A DNA stretch of 64,000 nt from Spongospora subterranea f. sp. subterranea (Eukaryota), in contig JAUGWO010000030.1 of assembly GCA_049724395.1 (NCBI GenBank), positions 1 to 64,000 of the forward strand. Reading direction: 5' to 3'. The notes below the pieces were generated by a model. That model saw only the letters and a program-made list of their open reading frames with translations, did no database searches and had not been told where the DNA came from. This document shows positions 12,521 through 24,659 of this stretch, one piece after another; position 1 is the first letter of the stretch; every line of letters starts with the position of its first letter. The position numbers and the translations under genes were made by a program.

Positions 12521-12707
12521 GCAGGTATTCCGCGCCCTCAAACCAGGCCGTTAGCATTTCTATGAACTCTGCCGCGACGGCGTCGATTCTCAGGAACCGA
12601 CCTGTTAACAAAACGCTCAGCAGGAGGAGGGGCCTCTTGCAGCCACAATGCGGGTGGGTCGCGCTCATCCGTATCGTTTTGTGTCAGGTGCACTGTTACT
12701 TGTAACG

Positions 12708-14371
12708 ATGCGGACGGTGCTGTGCAATATTGAGAGGGCGATAGCGTTATCACACCCAATTGATAAGGTCGAATGTCGCTGATTGATCGACCATGACCAC
12801 CCAATGATCATGTCAGGCCGATGTCGGACGGCTCTGTAAACACTATCAGAACGCGTCACATTCTGGTCGACTTAGTGGCCTGATCTGGGCGCACCGTCGT
12901 CTATCGTTGCCGGATAGAAAACGTGTTTACGCCAGAGCTACAGAACTGGTGAATAGCAGTTTACGGGAAGATCGTCTTGTTGCTGCCATCAAACTACGAC
13001 GAACGTCAACTCCTCCTTTAACTTCTTTGATAATGTTCTGAGTCACATCGCACACAACACCCCTCTTCTTACGGTAACTCGTAGGTCTATTTTGTCTACC
13101 GAGGAATATGGTTTGGGTTTCATCATCGACGTTCGTGGCGATGTCATCAAATTCAAAGGCAGATTTCCAGTTATTGAGAATGAGTTACATTTAGCACTTT
13201 CATTGTGCCTGAACCCGGGGGTTTTGCGTATTTGTCGCATAACTACTGCATCACCGAAAAAGGTTCTCGATGCCATGTTTGAAAACGAAGCAGTATGTAT
13301 CGATTGATGAGCTGTAAGTGTTGACCAGTAAAAGAGTTAGTAAGGTCCACCCATATCAATCCGCAGTTGATTTTAACAGGCGGCTGGGTCATGGTAATTG
13401 AAAATTTTCGCATTTTTGTTAAGTCTCATTTTGCTTAGATCGGCGGGTATTTTGTTTGTTTCACCCTAGTTTGCTTGATTTGCCCTTGATCACTCTACAT
13501 ATCGCTCTCTGCAACAGTGGTAATCTACCCAAAACGATCAACGATGTAATTCAACCCGGATTATCTTCGAATCTCCAGCCAGGTCTATTTGATCGAATTT
13601 CTAACTGGTTTCTTCGTCTTACTTTCATTGCTGCAAGACGTTGCAGTTTGCTATTCAATAAGTATCGGTCACAGAGGGTTGAACAATCTCCATCTTGGTT
13701 TAACTATTATCGACAAGGCTAGCGGCCAGGTAGTATATATTCCGCAAAGATGTTTTCGGCTTTTGATGTTTTTATGCATAAGATATGTAGGGAATTTCCA
13801 GCTATTAGGCGTGTCATTACATTGTCCCCGATCACTGGGTTTCGCGCATGGCTAACCTCTCAGATCGCGGTTCAAGATGAACAGCTACATGCAGATTTAT
13901 CATCAATGTAATTCAATGCAAACTGTGAATCTGTACGCTGAAATTCATTCTAAAGAATAACTAATCGTGAAGTCAACGTCTTCGACGTAGTAAAGAACTT
14001 GGTCGAAAGAGATTGGGTAGCTCTCCCTCTTTCAAAAAACGAATCCCGTCTGCTGGCCAGTTTATGTGCTATTTACTTACTTCAAAGGAAAACCCCGAAA
14101 GGTTTACCACTCGAACCTGTATTGAGGTGAACGCTTTTTTCATCCTGTGCCGACCACTGAGTTGAACTCAAGGTTTCATATGGGTAATGGCGCGACATTG
14201 CAGGATATTCACGGGAATGCAGATAGATCTCCTCAAGGAATGAAGAACAGCTTCGGTTTAATGTGTCGTTTCGAATATCTTCCAAGCAGGAGCGGCGGAA
14301 TGTCTAGACAGCATTCGAGGCCTGATTTCATGCAAGGGGCTAAAAATATAAACTTCTGTAACATTCATTAA
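12708..14371 (+). CDS. MLYCD: Malonyl-CoA decarboxylase, multi-exon
   Basis: GLGFIIDVRGD, RITTASP..ENEAV, PLITLHIAL, YSISIGHRGL..LG, LSPITGFRAWL, LCAIYLLQRK, RFHMGNGA..ADRSPQGMKNSFGLM. The catalytic Ser and His motifs are retained. Confidence 0.85.
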
Positions 14372-15077
14372 CTCATCAGTTGATATCGTTCAGGAATGTC
14401 CTTTTCGTTAAGCCCCATATCAATGGAGTACATCTTTGCTAATGATCTATATCCTTGGATGTCTCCATAACGAAGTAAATTCCCTTAAGCGATATCAGAA
14501 AAACAACGATTCGTCGATGCATACTGTTATCACTACCGGCATCGCAATTTAGAGGGCTATCATGTTGGGGAGTCGAAAGCATGGCGAGGATCGCTCTGCA
14601 CGATGCCTGAAGCGTCCATGCCGGACTCCATTCCGTTTTCAGGATGTCAAGGCAAATTTCTCCAGTCTGCGAAAACATCACATTTCGTATTCCCAAATCA
14701 ATGCTCAAAGCTACCTTGAAATGGATATTCGGATGAAAAATTGGTGTAACAAACTATCAAACATGAGATTGATCGGCAGATTTTGAGTTCCAAATTCTAC
14801 CTTGATGTTTGGCGATTGAAGTGGATAGCTCCGAGGAACTTTGATCTCCAACTCAAAAGTAGCGCCCGTCAAATGGCGTATCCGGCGACCCTCTGATATA
14901 TGATTTCCAATCCTTGATATAAAGAAATTCAGATGTGCCCAGTGACCGAATGGGACCGACGTTTACATAGAGATCGTCGTCGTCAACGGGAGACAACATT
15001 ATACGGTCATGTTCGTGCCCAGGTTTTGATTTCCTAATCTCCCGAAGCTCTTTGAGCAAGCGGGATCTGGACGCCAT
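14368..15077 (-). CDS. PEX4: Ubiquitin-conjugating enzyme E2, peroxin-4 type
   Basis: MASRSRLLKEL..GSPDTPFDG..FHPNIHFK|TGEICLDILKTEWSPAWTLQASCRAI..DSPLNCDAG|NLLRYGDIQGYRSLAKMY, typical of the PEX4/UBC21 type. Confidence 0.85.
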
Positions 15078-15804
15078 CGTCCACCTGTGATGAGGGAAAG
15101 AATTGGCAACCTGTGACGTATTGGCCCGCAACCTCCAAGATGGAGATAAAACACCGGTCAGCTCTATCGCCAAAATAGATCCGCCGCCAGTCACAACTAT
15201 AGTCTGGGAGGAGGGACTTCTTCCAGCCAAAACCAATCTGGTCCAACTTCATTGGCGTTCAATCTCAACTGAACTTCGACTATTTGATGTGGCAGTAGAG
15301 ACAAAAACGAGAACCGAAGATGAAAATTGGACAAACTTAGAGCGGTTTGTAAATAAACAGGGATCTTTCAAGATCAGCGGGAGAAAGACGTGATTTGTTA
15401 TCTGTACAAAATCCTTCACAGGTTTTCCCAGGCTTTGGGGGGTTTCGTCACTAATTGGATGTCGCTGCATTTGGCGACCTCAAAAGAGTCATAATTTACT
15501 CCGCCGGTTTTACCCGCGATTGGTTGAATTTTGAGTAGGAAACCTCTGCAAACGGCTTGAAATTTCGAATTGTAGAATCGCCATCGGGACCGACAAACTC
15601 CTCAGATCCTAATTTGTTGCCCTATTGGAAACCGTGCTAAACCATCAGATCAAGAGAGAATGACATCAACAATTCCCATAACAGAAAAGCGTATTTTTGC
15701 ACAAAAAAGCGAAGTAGCAGGACGCGCCTCACTAATTGAAAATGATGCCATATTCAAGTTGCGTCAAAAAAAATTGACGAATCTTTTTACAAACAACAGG
15801 GATA

Positions 15805-17062
15805 TCATTCATTATTGTGATTAGGGCGAAATTCTGGAATTCTGTCCGAGACGGGCATTATAGACCAGTTAGGAGGTTGGCCATCGTGAAGCCATTTGAA
15901 ATCTTGGACCTGATCAAATAGATTTGGAGTTCGGAACGACGCGTTCTCCATGTCGGCGTCGATATTATCATAGACAAGGTTGTAGGGGGCAACGACGATT
16001 CCTGTACAGTCTTCGATAATGGGGTTCGATTTCGCATAGATATATAAGTGTAAACCGTGCGAGTTATGGATACGTATCTGGCGAAGAATGGCTTAGCGAT
16101 CAACAATTCACAGATTCGATGGGCGGAACCTGACGAGAGGCAACGATGATAGTCGTATCGATGCAATCCTCAATATGAACAGAACCTTCAACCGGTCCAA
16201 CGGCGATCAAACTATTCTGAAAATCAGATAAAAAACTGAGATGGAAACAATACAGCGGTTGGTTTGAGCCCACCTTTACAGACACAACCCTTACGGCTGA
16301 CAAAGTGTGGCAGATGACAACTTTGCCATCCGAAACATGTTCAATCGTGATCGAGTTTACTGTGGAACCTCTACCACTACGCTGAATGGTCTGACTACGC
16401 CTGCAACGCGAAACTCAGAACGATTCGAACAAGCCAGGAACAACACCCAATTCCCACAGATCGGAAATCTTCAGCTCCTTCCCGGTTGCTCTACGCAGCA
16501 AAATGTCGTCTGAACAACGAGCGTCATAAGTAACAACGCTGAAATCTCCAACAGAAACTTCTCACATACCGATCTCGTCGCCATTGGAATCGGCTCCTCC
16601 TCCAGGAGATGCGACAGATTCTGGCACATTCCCAATCCTCTCCACCTTCTTGGCGTTGAAGCTGAACCTTTTCGCTGGCTGATGTAGCTGTAGTTTCTCG
16701 TTGATACATTTTTCGAACTCGTCTAACACCTGAGATTGGGAGTAATTGATTAGCGAAACACCCTGAAGGAGAACGTAAAACCCGACAGATTGGACTTTTT
16801 TCTTGGTGTATCCGGGTAGGTAATAATTTGACAGACTCAGATATTCGATCGCATTTTTGACTTCTGCCTGGGCCTGTTTTAGCGATGAATTCGCAATGTG
16901 CTCGCGAACCGCATCGTACTTTTCATTGATGGTCTTCTCGAACTGTTCGACGCTCTCTCCCGCTCCATCAGCCCTGGTTTTGAGCCTGGATTCCCGCTCC
17001 AGGCGCCTTTGATTGGCGAACTGGGCCTGTTTCTCCATCAGCCGGTTCAGTCGATCCGACAT
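15805..17062 (-). CDS. TBCC: Tubulin-specific chaperone C
   Basis: Helical N-domain (..YYLPGYTKK..KRFSF) and C-CAP/cofactor-C domain (GPVEGSVHIEDC..ASRQ|IRIH..SNPIIEDC..APY..VQDFKWL..PNW). Confidence 0.88.
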
Positions 17063-17779
17063 TTTGTGTTTGGTTTTTTCGTCGACGGGTGACGATGCGA
17101 AATGGCGCACGATCCGACCGACCGGCCTCTTCCCGTCATCAGTGTCAGTCAGGACTCCGGTGCTATCGCCATTCGTACCGTCCGTGGCCTCCTCACGGAC
17201 TATTTATTGTACACACTTTTGGAAATTTGAATATCATTGGGGATTCAGTTTGCTATCGCAACTTCAAGAGCTGATCTTCTGTAAGTTCTCGGGCTGTTGT
17301 ATTTCTATCCGCTTATTATCGACAGTCCCGGCCCAACCCGCATTATTGAAAACCAAATCAAATCTGGCCATGTCGGTTTGTTGTTTTTTCATCAATGACA
17401 GATCGTCGACTGCACTGATTACGTCAAAAAACAAGTACACTATTGGTTAATTTCATGACGCCCCCAGGGAACCTGTTTGTTTCGATAACTATCGGCAGGT
17501 ACTTCTCATTTTTGAAAGAAATGATTAAGATCATTGTCGTTTTTGTCGTATTCAGATGGTCGATCAGGCGCCGAGACGACCCGTCCCTAATGGGCTTCGG
17601 ACGATATCCGACTTCTGAAAACGCGTCGTCGACCCGCAGGACGGACCTGCAATGGCGTTTAGCGCCGTTCGCTCCCGACCTGGCGGTATGGGTCGACCGA
17701 ATGTCGTGTTCACCTCCGATCGCCTTGCTCCGATGTCCGATACACTCCATTCGCAAAACGGCGGCGGCACAACCCAAAC

Positions 17780-18133
17780 ATGGACCTGATCCTGGTGTGC
17801 ATCTACATGATCACCGCCTCGATATCCGCCTGGCTCTACAAACGCAGCACGCCGCTGGGGAAATGCACGTTGTGGCTGGCGGTCGTCGGGCTCATGATCG
17901 AGCTGGTGATGGCCAACAGCTACGCCCTGCGATGCATCAGGGTAGCCAACATGGCCCTGATCGCGGCCACCATCCTCGCCGATGTCGTCAGCCGGTACGA
18001 GCGAGCCCGCCAGCGCAAACGGTACATCAACAACCTGCCGCCGCCACCAGACAGCACCAACACCAAGGATCAGCCGACGTTCGTGAACGTTGACCCGGCA
18101 CCAGGACCAACGCTGGAGACCATCACTATTTAG
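17780..18133 (+). CDS. Small orphan membrane protein (3 predicted TM helices, Pro-rich tail)
   Basis: 117-aa ATG ORF with strong GC3 bias, three hydrophobic stretches and the tail LPPPPDS. Confidence 0.55.
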   Translation: MDLILVCIYMITASISAWLYKRSTPLGKCTLWLAVVGLMIELVMANSYALRCIRVANMALIAATILADVVSRYERARQRKRYINNLPPPPDSTNTKDQPTFVNVDPAPGPTLETITI

Positions 18134-18305
18134 CTTGGCCAGATCGTTGTCATAAAAAAATACGCCAATCTCAACACTTGTGTGTATCGCTGTAGAAATG
18201 CCTAAACCCCCTTCCGGTGGCCGAGACGACGCGCGATATCATCAGGCCAAAAAGTTTATTTTATGTTTATGCTTTTTCCAACAAAATTGGACGATCAGTT
18301 GTAGA

Positions 18306-19233
18306 TTACTGACAGCAGCCACTCTTCGTCTCGGTTAGACCCGTATTGTCGACCACAATGCTCCCTGTTTTTGGTTCTTGCGGGGGGAAAACCTATATAT
18401 ATATATCGACAACTCAACATTTAAGGGATTGGTCGACGACGAGCCGACACCCGACCTTGGGCAGTTTACGCGCGATCATCACGAACAGTTCGTTGACGTT
18501 TTCGGCGGTCTTCGCGGACGTTTCGGTGAAGAAAATGCCCTGATCGTCGGCGTACTCTTTGGCCACTTCTGGGCTGACCTGTCGTTGGGCTTCGAGATCC
18601 GTCTTGTTCCCGGCTGTGACCAGAACTCGATCAGATGCACTAGTTCCACAGTTTGTTGGCGTTGACCCACCCAATGCGATAACGATATCGGCACTGCCAG
18701 TTTGTCTGAGCTCTTCGATCCATTTCTTGGCCCGTTTGAACGAGTCTTCGCTGGTGATGTCGTAGACCACAACGGCAGCGGCTGCTCCCCGATAATACAT
18801 GGGCGCCAAGCTGTGATAGCGCTCTTGTCCGGCGGTATCCCACTAAAACCCCAACGAGAACATGTTCATTACGACAATACAACGATTGCGTCGTCCTTAC
18901 AATCTCGAACTTGACGGTGCAGTCTTGAACGACAACCGTCTGTGTTAAAAACGCGGCTGAACAAGAAACGACCATCAGATTTCAAATATGGGGTTAATGT
19001 CATTGTTCGCGGAACAACACACAACATGAGCGAAACGAGAACACAATCAGTTGCGAACCAAAAAACACCAACAAAAAAAAACTACCTCCGATTGTGCTCT
19101 CCTGATATTCAAAGAACTGCCCTCTGACAAATCGCAGGACAAGCGAGCTCTTGCCGACCGATGAATCGCCAAGAAGGACCAGTTTGGCTTGGCACGTTTT
19201 GTTATTGGCAATATTACTGCCAGGTACGCTCAT
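18306..19233 (-). CDS. RAB5: Rab5-family small GTPase
   Basis: [53 protein letters not shown], and a C-terminal SGCCQ prenylation site. Confidence 0.96.
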
Positions 19234-19982
19234 GATTGGCGTTCGCTAACGCCAAGTCTCACACTGCGATCCCTCGTGATTCGACCCGTTGGGCGCGTCC
19301 TATAAAAATGCCCCACGATCGGTGCTCTAATCCGGACCCGTAAACAGGTGCAATCAATCTGGCTTGGACCCTTGGCCGGGGCGGTGTCCGTCGGCTGGCC
19401 ACTGCGCACACCCGGAACACACACACACACCACAATCAGTGCCAATTATCGCCACCCGACCATCAATCAACCATCATTGATGGCGTTCACCGATGTGGTA
19501 CTTTGCTCAGATACTTTTGAATTAAACTGTGGCGATTTAGATCTCTCTGGAGTGTTTCCCCCGATTAGAGTGTTGTCGAAACGGGTTTCCGCGGGAACGT
19601 GCTGAACGCTGGGAATCTGGAGATTGATTCACGAAATGAACAAGTACACGAGAATTGCGCTGGATCTGGTGTGGTTCAATCACGTCAATAAACCCCATTG
19701 TGTTCTCTCTGTACTGTTGAACTGACAACGACGACGAACAACTCCCCGTCCTGTTATTGTGCCCCAAAATGGGTTTGCGATATGTGTTGGAATAACTGTT
19801 GAACCAGAGAGTGGTCAAATGAGCCAAATAGATATATCGGTGATGGCGCTTGACGGGTGGGTCAATCCCCCAACGATCACCCCCCTCATGGTCACAGAGC
19901 ACATGTGGTGTAGTGTGTGTGTGTCGTGTTCGGTCGATCGTAGCGCCATCCCCCAATCACCAAGCAGGTCGAGCAGCGAGCG

Positions 19983-22836
19983 ATGGAAGGGATGGCCCGA
20001 TTCCTGGTGAATATCGCCGAGATCGGTGCGAGCGGTCTGATCTGTTCACCACATCCGTTAGAGCTCCTCCCCCCTTCCCCCAATCCCATCTGATCCCCCG
20101 TTATTCCCAACCCCTTTCATATCAGGGACGCCCAACACACGATTATGCCGTTTTGCCGGGTCGATTTCGCCAACAAGTATCGCATCTTACAGACGGAATT
20201 CGTGGAGGAAGGTGATCGCCTCCCGCGTTCCCACAACACATCTCGCCATCGGGGTGTTCATTGCCGGGTGTTATCAGACGATGCGCCGTCCTGGAGTACC
20301 GCCTTCACCTTCATCTTCGAGACCGTTCACGATCTGCGCGATCTCTCCATGACGATGAGCGTGTTCGACCGCGGTCTCGACGGCCGCTGTGTCCTGCTGG
20401 GCGCGGCGTCCACCGATCTGCACACGATCGCCACCGGGCCGGTACGCCGTCCCCTGCTATCGCCATCATTGCCCCAAACAACCGACCGCCTCCCGCCACA
20501 GCCGATGCAGGACTTCCAGCTGGACGTACAGGCCCAGGTGCCGGCCGGGCGCATCGTGATGATGGTCGAGATGACCCAGATCTGCCCCCGCCTCCTCTGC
20601 TGCATCTCGAACCTGGTCCTCTCCAGCACCGCCCCCGTCGCCGCCCAGCCCTCGTCGCCCATCGCCGCCTATTCCAGGGCGAAACTCGCCGTGTCGTACT
20701 CGGAACGGTGCGAGCGCCCTCCGCCCGCCGATCGCGTCCCCGATACGCGTTTCTGATCGGACAAGTGTTCAGGGAAGATCGGATCGTTCACTCGGAGGTG
20801 GTCGACGTTGATGAAGGGCTGAAGGTTCGCTGGCAGGACGTCGATCCGATCACCATCTCCGGGACCGTTATCGATTTCGACATGGCGTTTATTCATATTC
20901 GCCTATTCGGATTATCGGCGGCGGCGGATCAACAGGTTTTGGAGGACGCGTGTGGCACTTGTTCTGTTGATATTCTGAGGCGGCGATCTGTGGTCAGGGG
21001 CCCGGTTCTGGCGAATGGCAACAGATTGGGAGCTGCCGTATATCGCTGCACGATCACCATCCGGCCCGGACCGATATTCAGCGATTCGCGCAGGCGCTCC
21101 ACGTCGGGTCGTCCACCGATCGCCACCAGCTCGACGGTAAATTCACTGTGCGGGAGCGATGACCTGAACATCGGGATGATTTTCGCCGTCAGGGACGATC
21201 GCGTTCGTCAACGGTCCGACCCTATTCCAGATGATTAGCGGCGCCAATACCGAACACGGTCTGGAATGTTTGGCGTTTGTTGTGCGGAAGTTGTGATGAA
21301 CGGGGTCGTCGGTTTTTCACAGGAGTGAATCCCGGTCCGGTCGGATGGGAACACGCCCCGCTCCCCGCCAACTATCGCGGTCCATCTGACACCGACTCCC
21401 CACCCCGCCGTCCGTATCTCCAACGCTGATCGTTGTTCAGGCGCCCCGGTTCAGCTCGTCCCGACCATGGACCGATTCGCGCCGCTGCGCGCGTCGATAT
21501 GTTGGCGAGCGCCAACCGCTCCCCATTCCGAACAACATCTTCTGACCGCCGGCACTCGACGAAAACCGTCTCCTGACGATTTCGTTGAACGTCAGTTTCG
21601 GGAGTCGTTTTTGCCGAACCCGAACGGTAATCTTTGACCCTGGTTGTGCAGCGCTTCCACGAGGATGGGGATTGAGCGTCGACGCCGACGGGTTCCTGTT
21701 CTTCCGGTACCACCCTACCAAGCAAACAACCTGGTCCGATCCACGTTATCTTCCACCGGGTTTGTTGTCGCCATCGAACCGGATCGGGTTTCGTTGTTGA
21801 CGAACGGGGGGCTGTGGATGGAAATACAGGTTGGGAGCAAAGTATGACCCTGGACGGGAACCTGTTCTTCTATTGCTATTCGGCCAATTGCAGCACGTGG
21901 ATCGACCCGCGAGGATTGCCCGCCGACTGGGATCTCGTCCTGGAATCGGGCGGCGCGTCCACCGCCCGACAGCTGTTCCGCCATCACGGCGCCATGACCG
22001 CGACCGACCCCCGGGGATTATCACCACGATATTCGCAGCACGTCGACGGGAACGGCGCCGTCTACTACAAGGATCACGTGGCCAAGACTACGACGTGGGA
22101 CGACCCACGCGATGGCGAAACATTGTCAGTTTGTTTGTGTTCGGGCGTGATCAAGTGCGCCCTAGTCTGAACCTGGGGCGACACCAGGGATGAACTGGTT
22201 GACGAGGTGAATCGCCATATCGACAATCATAATCGGGGACAATTCAGGTCCAGGAACCAATCGTCGCCAACCGGGGGGGATGTCAACAGGCCCGTCCAGG
22301 ACATCCTCATCGAAATGCAGAACGAGGTCGCCCAGTTTCAGATCTGGTACGTTCAGTCGGAGAAACGATGGGCGGCGGAGAAGGAGCAACGCGAGCGGGT
22401 CGATCGCGCCACGATCAACGCGGCGCAGGCGCAGCTGGCGGAGCTGCGCCAGAAGAACGCCCAATCGCTGGCGCGATACGAGGAGAAATGGCGACAAGAT
22501 ATCAGGGATAAGAGGGACGCCGTCATCGCCAATCACGAGTTCGCCGTCAACGAATCCAGGAGGCGGATCAGGGCGATCAAGGACGATATCGAACGGCAAC
22601 GACAGCAGTGGGTCGACGACATGATCGAGGTGAAGAAGTTCGCGTTCCGGGACGAGATGCAGAAGCGGATGGCGAAACGGCACCAGATGCAGAACAGGCT
22701 GGCCAAGATGATGCAACCCGATGAGGCAGCGATCGCCGACGCGGTCGAGAAACGCCAAGAAACAGATCTTCGAGACAAAGTTGACGGGATCGATTCAGAA
22801 ACCAACGACGGGGAATATGGGAAAACGACATCTTGA
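19983..22836 (+). CDS. C2-like + four WW domains + C-terminal coiled-coil protein, multi-exon
   Basis: C2-like PFCRVDF..QTE..PSW..FTF..MSVFD..LLG; WW repeats LPRGW..FF..HPTKQTTWSDPR, GWEQ..TWIDPR, LPADW..TDPR, YYKDHVAKTTTWDDPR; helical tail. Intron 20057-20125 restores the frame. Confidence 0.75.
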
Positions 22837-22951
22837 AATAAACACATTCAGTTCAACGAAAAGGAAAGGCGAGGCGGCTGGAGGAAACTTGGTAAATTAG
22901 CAATAAATTAGGTGTATTGTGAGAGAAAAAAAAATATAAAAATGGAGAGAA

Positions 22952-24107
22952 TTAGACAGGATCAAACGATGAGAGGTATTTGGATAAGTGGTCTTCCCGC
23001 GACTCTAGGTCTTTCTCTCGCGCCATCACTTTCTCGTTCAGTGATCGCAGCTCCTCATTCCATCTACCCAGTCTTCTCGATGTCTCTTCTTGTTCGGCCC
23101 TGGCGATGTCAATGTTCCTACGACAACGACGGATTCAGCCACCCAAACCAATTTCCGCCGACTGTCTTACCTGGATTTCTCGGCGATTTCTTTTTCTGAT
23201 TCCGCTAGTTCGGCACTCGCCTCTTCCAAAGATTTCGAGAACTCTTCGTCACGTCGAACCAGATCAGCTTCTCGTCTGGTTAGTTGCGACTCTCGATCTT
23301 CAAGCTGCGAGATCAGCTCGTCCAGCATCCGCGTCTTCTTCTCACAATCGTCCTTCTGCTTCAGCATCGCCTCCTCCTTCCTGTTCAAATCCTCCAAACA
23401 TCGCTCGCTTTCCCGTATTTTGCTCCGAAGATCTTCCCGCAATTCATCCGCCTCTTCCTCGCGTTTTTCCAGGCGGGTTTCGCGAGCGGCTAACGCCTTC
23501 GACACGCTTTTACATTCCTCCTCTTTGTCCTCTAACTTCGACTGTCGTTTGGATATCGTCGTCTCCCTCTCGTTCAGATTCGCTTGTCGTTCTTGCAGTT
23601 CGCGTTCCAATTTCTCACAGGCCGTCATTCGAGGTAAAACAGCGCTTTCCATTTCTTTGAGTTCTTTGGCCCTATACCTCAACAGACTCCCTTGTTCATC
23701 GTAATCACTAACCGCTTTCAGGCGACCCCTCCTGATCAAATCCTTCTCCGCTTGTAAGGACGCCTTTTCAGAGCGCATTCGCTCCTCGAATTTACTCACA
23801 TTCTCGTTATAGACCTTGAGCTTCTCTTGCAATATCCGCTCGCGAGACTGTTGCCTTTCGATAACCTGTTGCTTCCATTCATTTAGTTTCTTCTCCCAGC
23901 CTGTGAAATTTGATCTTCAAAACCAAAAAGTCGAGGACCAAACATTACGCTAATACCGTCCAATTCACTTCTATGAACTTCCAATAATTCAAGTTTCGAT
24001 TCGTATAGAGATTTGAATTTTGTATATTCTGAAATCTATAATCACAACAAATACTATTTCAGAAACAATAGTAGCTCTGACCATCGTTGATAGACCTTGT
24101 CGTCCAT
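22952..24107 (-). CDS. Long coiled-coil protein, multi-exon
   Basis: E/K/R-rich heptads in ORF 23167..23832 plus flanking exons joined by GT-AG introns. The start is uncertain. Confidence 0.65.
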
Positions 24108-24659
24108 TTTTCTGTTGCTTTGGGCCCATTCTGGCGGGGGCGTGGCCGCCCTAAAGGAATCGGACTCATCGAACGACGGGCTGATGCGCAAACGATTGAA
24201 CACCGGAAGACGGCGGAGTGAGATTCTCCCGTTCGCCCCTGCTATACCGCCGATCGCCAAGATTAATGGGTGTGCCCAACGCCCGCCCGTGCATCTGGGA
24301 ACCGGTCTGTAGCCCCCCGAGTACCGCTGCACGGCCCGAAATTCCCCCCGGCCAAAAAATTTCGAAAATGGCAATTTGCCGAACACGTTGGGCGGCGACT
24401 TAGATTGTACACACTTGATTGGGGCTGCGCCTCACTGTCGATCACTCATCTTAATATACACTCATGTGTACATATATCAAGTCATTTCTGGTTCAGTGCA
24501 ATTAGGACGCGGGCTTTTCGAAAATTTGGACATCCCGATGGCGAAAGTGGGGATTTGGTAAACCCAAAGAAAGGATCAAGGTTGACTATCATGTACAGAT
24601 TCTATTACAAAAAGATATTATACGATTTGCTTGTTGGAGGTATTATAAATATTGCTAGA

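Noticed and set aside
22980..23704. Long plus-strand Ser-rich ORFs
   Set aside because: Antisense shadows of the E/K/R-rich coiled-coil gene.
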